Shown here in pieces: positions 16,055 through 17,370 of a DNA stretch of 17,370 bases. The position numbers and the translations under genes are program-made. The stretch spans positions 1-17,370 of the forward strand of contig JBMSSC010000051.1 of NCBI GenBank assembly GCA_049424145.1, in the 5' to 3' direction. The notes below the pieces were generated by a model. That model made no database searches and was not told the origin of the DNA. It worked only from the letters and a program-made list of their open reading frames with translations. Numbering within the stretch: the first letter of the stretch is position 1; every line of letters starts with the position of its first letter. The stretch comes from Bdellovibrionia bacterium. GTDB lineage: Bacteria; Bdellovibrionota; UBA1018.

Positions 16055-17170
16055 CTACTTCTTCAGGCGAAGCGCACCTTGATGCGTCACTAAGATGGCT
16101 GAAACAATATCGTCTTCCAAATTCAGCTTGAGCACTGGCTTGCCGTCTTGGGATTCCACTAAAATCCCCAATAAAGAAATCACATTGTTTCCAAAAAAGT
16201 GGCTGGCATCGGAGGGCACCCAAGCCGGGTAGTTAGTATACCCCACGAGCGTCACTCCATGCTTTTGAACCACTTGATCCGGCACACTGAGCGGACAGTT
16301 CCCCCCGTTTGCAGCCGCCATATCAATGACCACGGACCCCGTGCGCATTCCTTTTAAGGCTTCCTCGGTGATGAGAACCGGTGCTTTTTTACCCGGAATA
16401 TTGGCTGTTGAAATAATAATGTCGCACTTTTTTAATCGCTCCGTTAACGCCTGTTGCTGACGTTTCTTGCCTTCTTCTGAGAGTTCCTTAGCATACCCGC
16501 CCTGCCCTGAACCCTCCTCGCCAATGTCTAACTCCACAAACTTAGCTCCAAGCGAGAGAATCTGTTCTTTGACTTCGGCACGAACATCGTAAGCTTCAAC
16601 GGTGGCCCCTAAACGCTTGGCTGTGGCAATCGCCTGAAGCCCTGCCACACCAGCTCCTAAGACCATGACCCGCGCAGGCTTAGCGGAACCCGCAGAGGTC
16701 ATCATGAGGGGAAAAAACCTGCCGTACCGAGCTGCAGCCTCAAGGACTGCACGATATCCGGCTAAATTGGCCTGAGAAGAAAGCACATCCATCGACTGGG
16801 CTCGAGAGGTTCTGGGAATCAACTCCATAGCCATGGCATCAATCCCGGCCTGAGCGAGCTTTTCCATCGTTCCATCTCGTTGATAAGGCTCTAAATTGGA
16901 GATCAAGAGGCTCCCTTTTTTCATCATCCCCATCTCAGAGTCCGTGGGACGGTGAATCTTCACCACAATCGGAGCCGAAAACGCCTCAGCCGTGCTAACA
17001 ATCTGAGCTCCTTCAGCCACATAGGCTTCATCGAGGAAACCCGCCTTCACCCCGGCTTGCGTCTCAACGAACACTTGAAACCCCTTCTTCTGGAGTTTTT
17101 TGACTCCTTCTGGGCTCAGCGCCACACGAGTTTCCTCTGCACGTTTTTCTTTAGGAAGGCCGATGTTCAT
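16055..17170 (-). CDS. pntAA: NAD(P) transhydrogenase alpha subunit part 1 (soluble NAD(H)-binding domain I, PntAA)
   Basis: IGLPKE...ETRVALSP, RTSRAQSMDVLSSQANLAGYRAV, GAGVAGLQAIATAKRLGA, GQGGYAKELS, GGNCPLS. Confidence 0.97.
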   Translation of the reverse strand: MNIGLPKEKRAEETRVALSPEGVKKLQKKGFQVFVETQAGVKAGFLDEAYVAEGAQIVSTAEAFSAPIVVKIHRPTDSEMGMMKKGSLLISNLEPYQRDGTMEKLAQAGIDAMAMELIPRTSRAQSMDVLSSQANLAGYRAVLEAAARYGRFFPLMMTSAGSAKPARVMVLGAGVAGLQAIATAKRLGATVEAYDVRAEVKEQILSLGAKFVELDIGEEGSGQGGYAKELSEEGKKRQQQALTERLKKCDIIISTANIPGKKAPVLITEEALKGMRTGSVVIDMAAANGGNCPLSVPDQVVQKHGVTLVGYTNYPAWVPSDASHFFGNNVISLLGILVESQDGKPVLKLNLEDDIVSAILVTHQGALRLKK

Positions 17171-17370
17171 AGTTTTACTCTCAATCCAAGTCCTTAAAAT
17201 TCAATTCATTGAAAACTGGCGATCCTGAGAACCAGGGTGAGCCGCATGTGTTTCAAAGGCATGCTTATACCCGATAAGACCGCTTTCTCCTACCCTATTT
17301 TAAACTCGAGAGAAAATTACTCCAAATGAAGACTCAAGGGATCTGTGATGATCTTCCTGCAGGAATTCCA

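Noticed and set aside
17357..17368. CTGCAGGAATTC (PstI-EcoRI), as in a cloning polylinker, at the window end
   Set aside because: Only 12 nt, and the flanking bases do not continue a polylinker; not enough to call vector contamination.
1..17370. CRISPR arrays, IS/integrase genes, rRNA/tRNA, defence systems
   Set aside because: No regularly spaced repeats, transposase/recombinase motifs or RNA-gene signatures were seen by eye.

Overview
A mostly housekeeping bacterial window of roughly 50% GC in the coding regions. Gene content and protein style suggest a Bdellovibrionota-like organism (inference only). Left to right: a 5'-partial ettA (ABC-F) on the minus strand, not in the ORF track, which switches in frame at ~position 113 into a very AT-rich fragment of a BioF-like PLP enzyme (probably an assembly chimera); a translationally coupled TolC-family + AcrB-family RND pair with no adaptor gene, ending in a strong terminator; an Nfu-type Fe-S scaffold; a secreted orphan with CxxC; a YbhB/YbcL (PEBP) protein with altered motifs; a small secreted orphan behind a sigma-54-like promoter; eno-ftsB; a cold-shock gene with a structured 5' leader; a structured intergenic region; another secreted hypothetical; and, on the minus strand, a three-gene transhydrogenase (pntAA-pntAB-pntB) followed closely by typA/bipA. 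I found no tRNA, rRNA, CRISPR array or mobile element, and no clearly new multi-gene system. The best leads are the ettA/bioF junction, the adaptor-less RND pair, the sigma-54-linked secreted orphan, the structured RNA candidates around csp, and an intergenic GACTCA motif bias.
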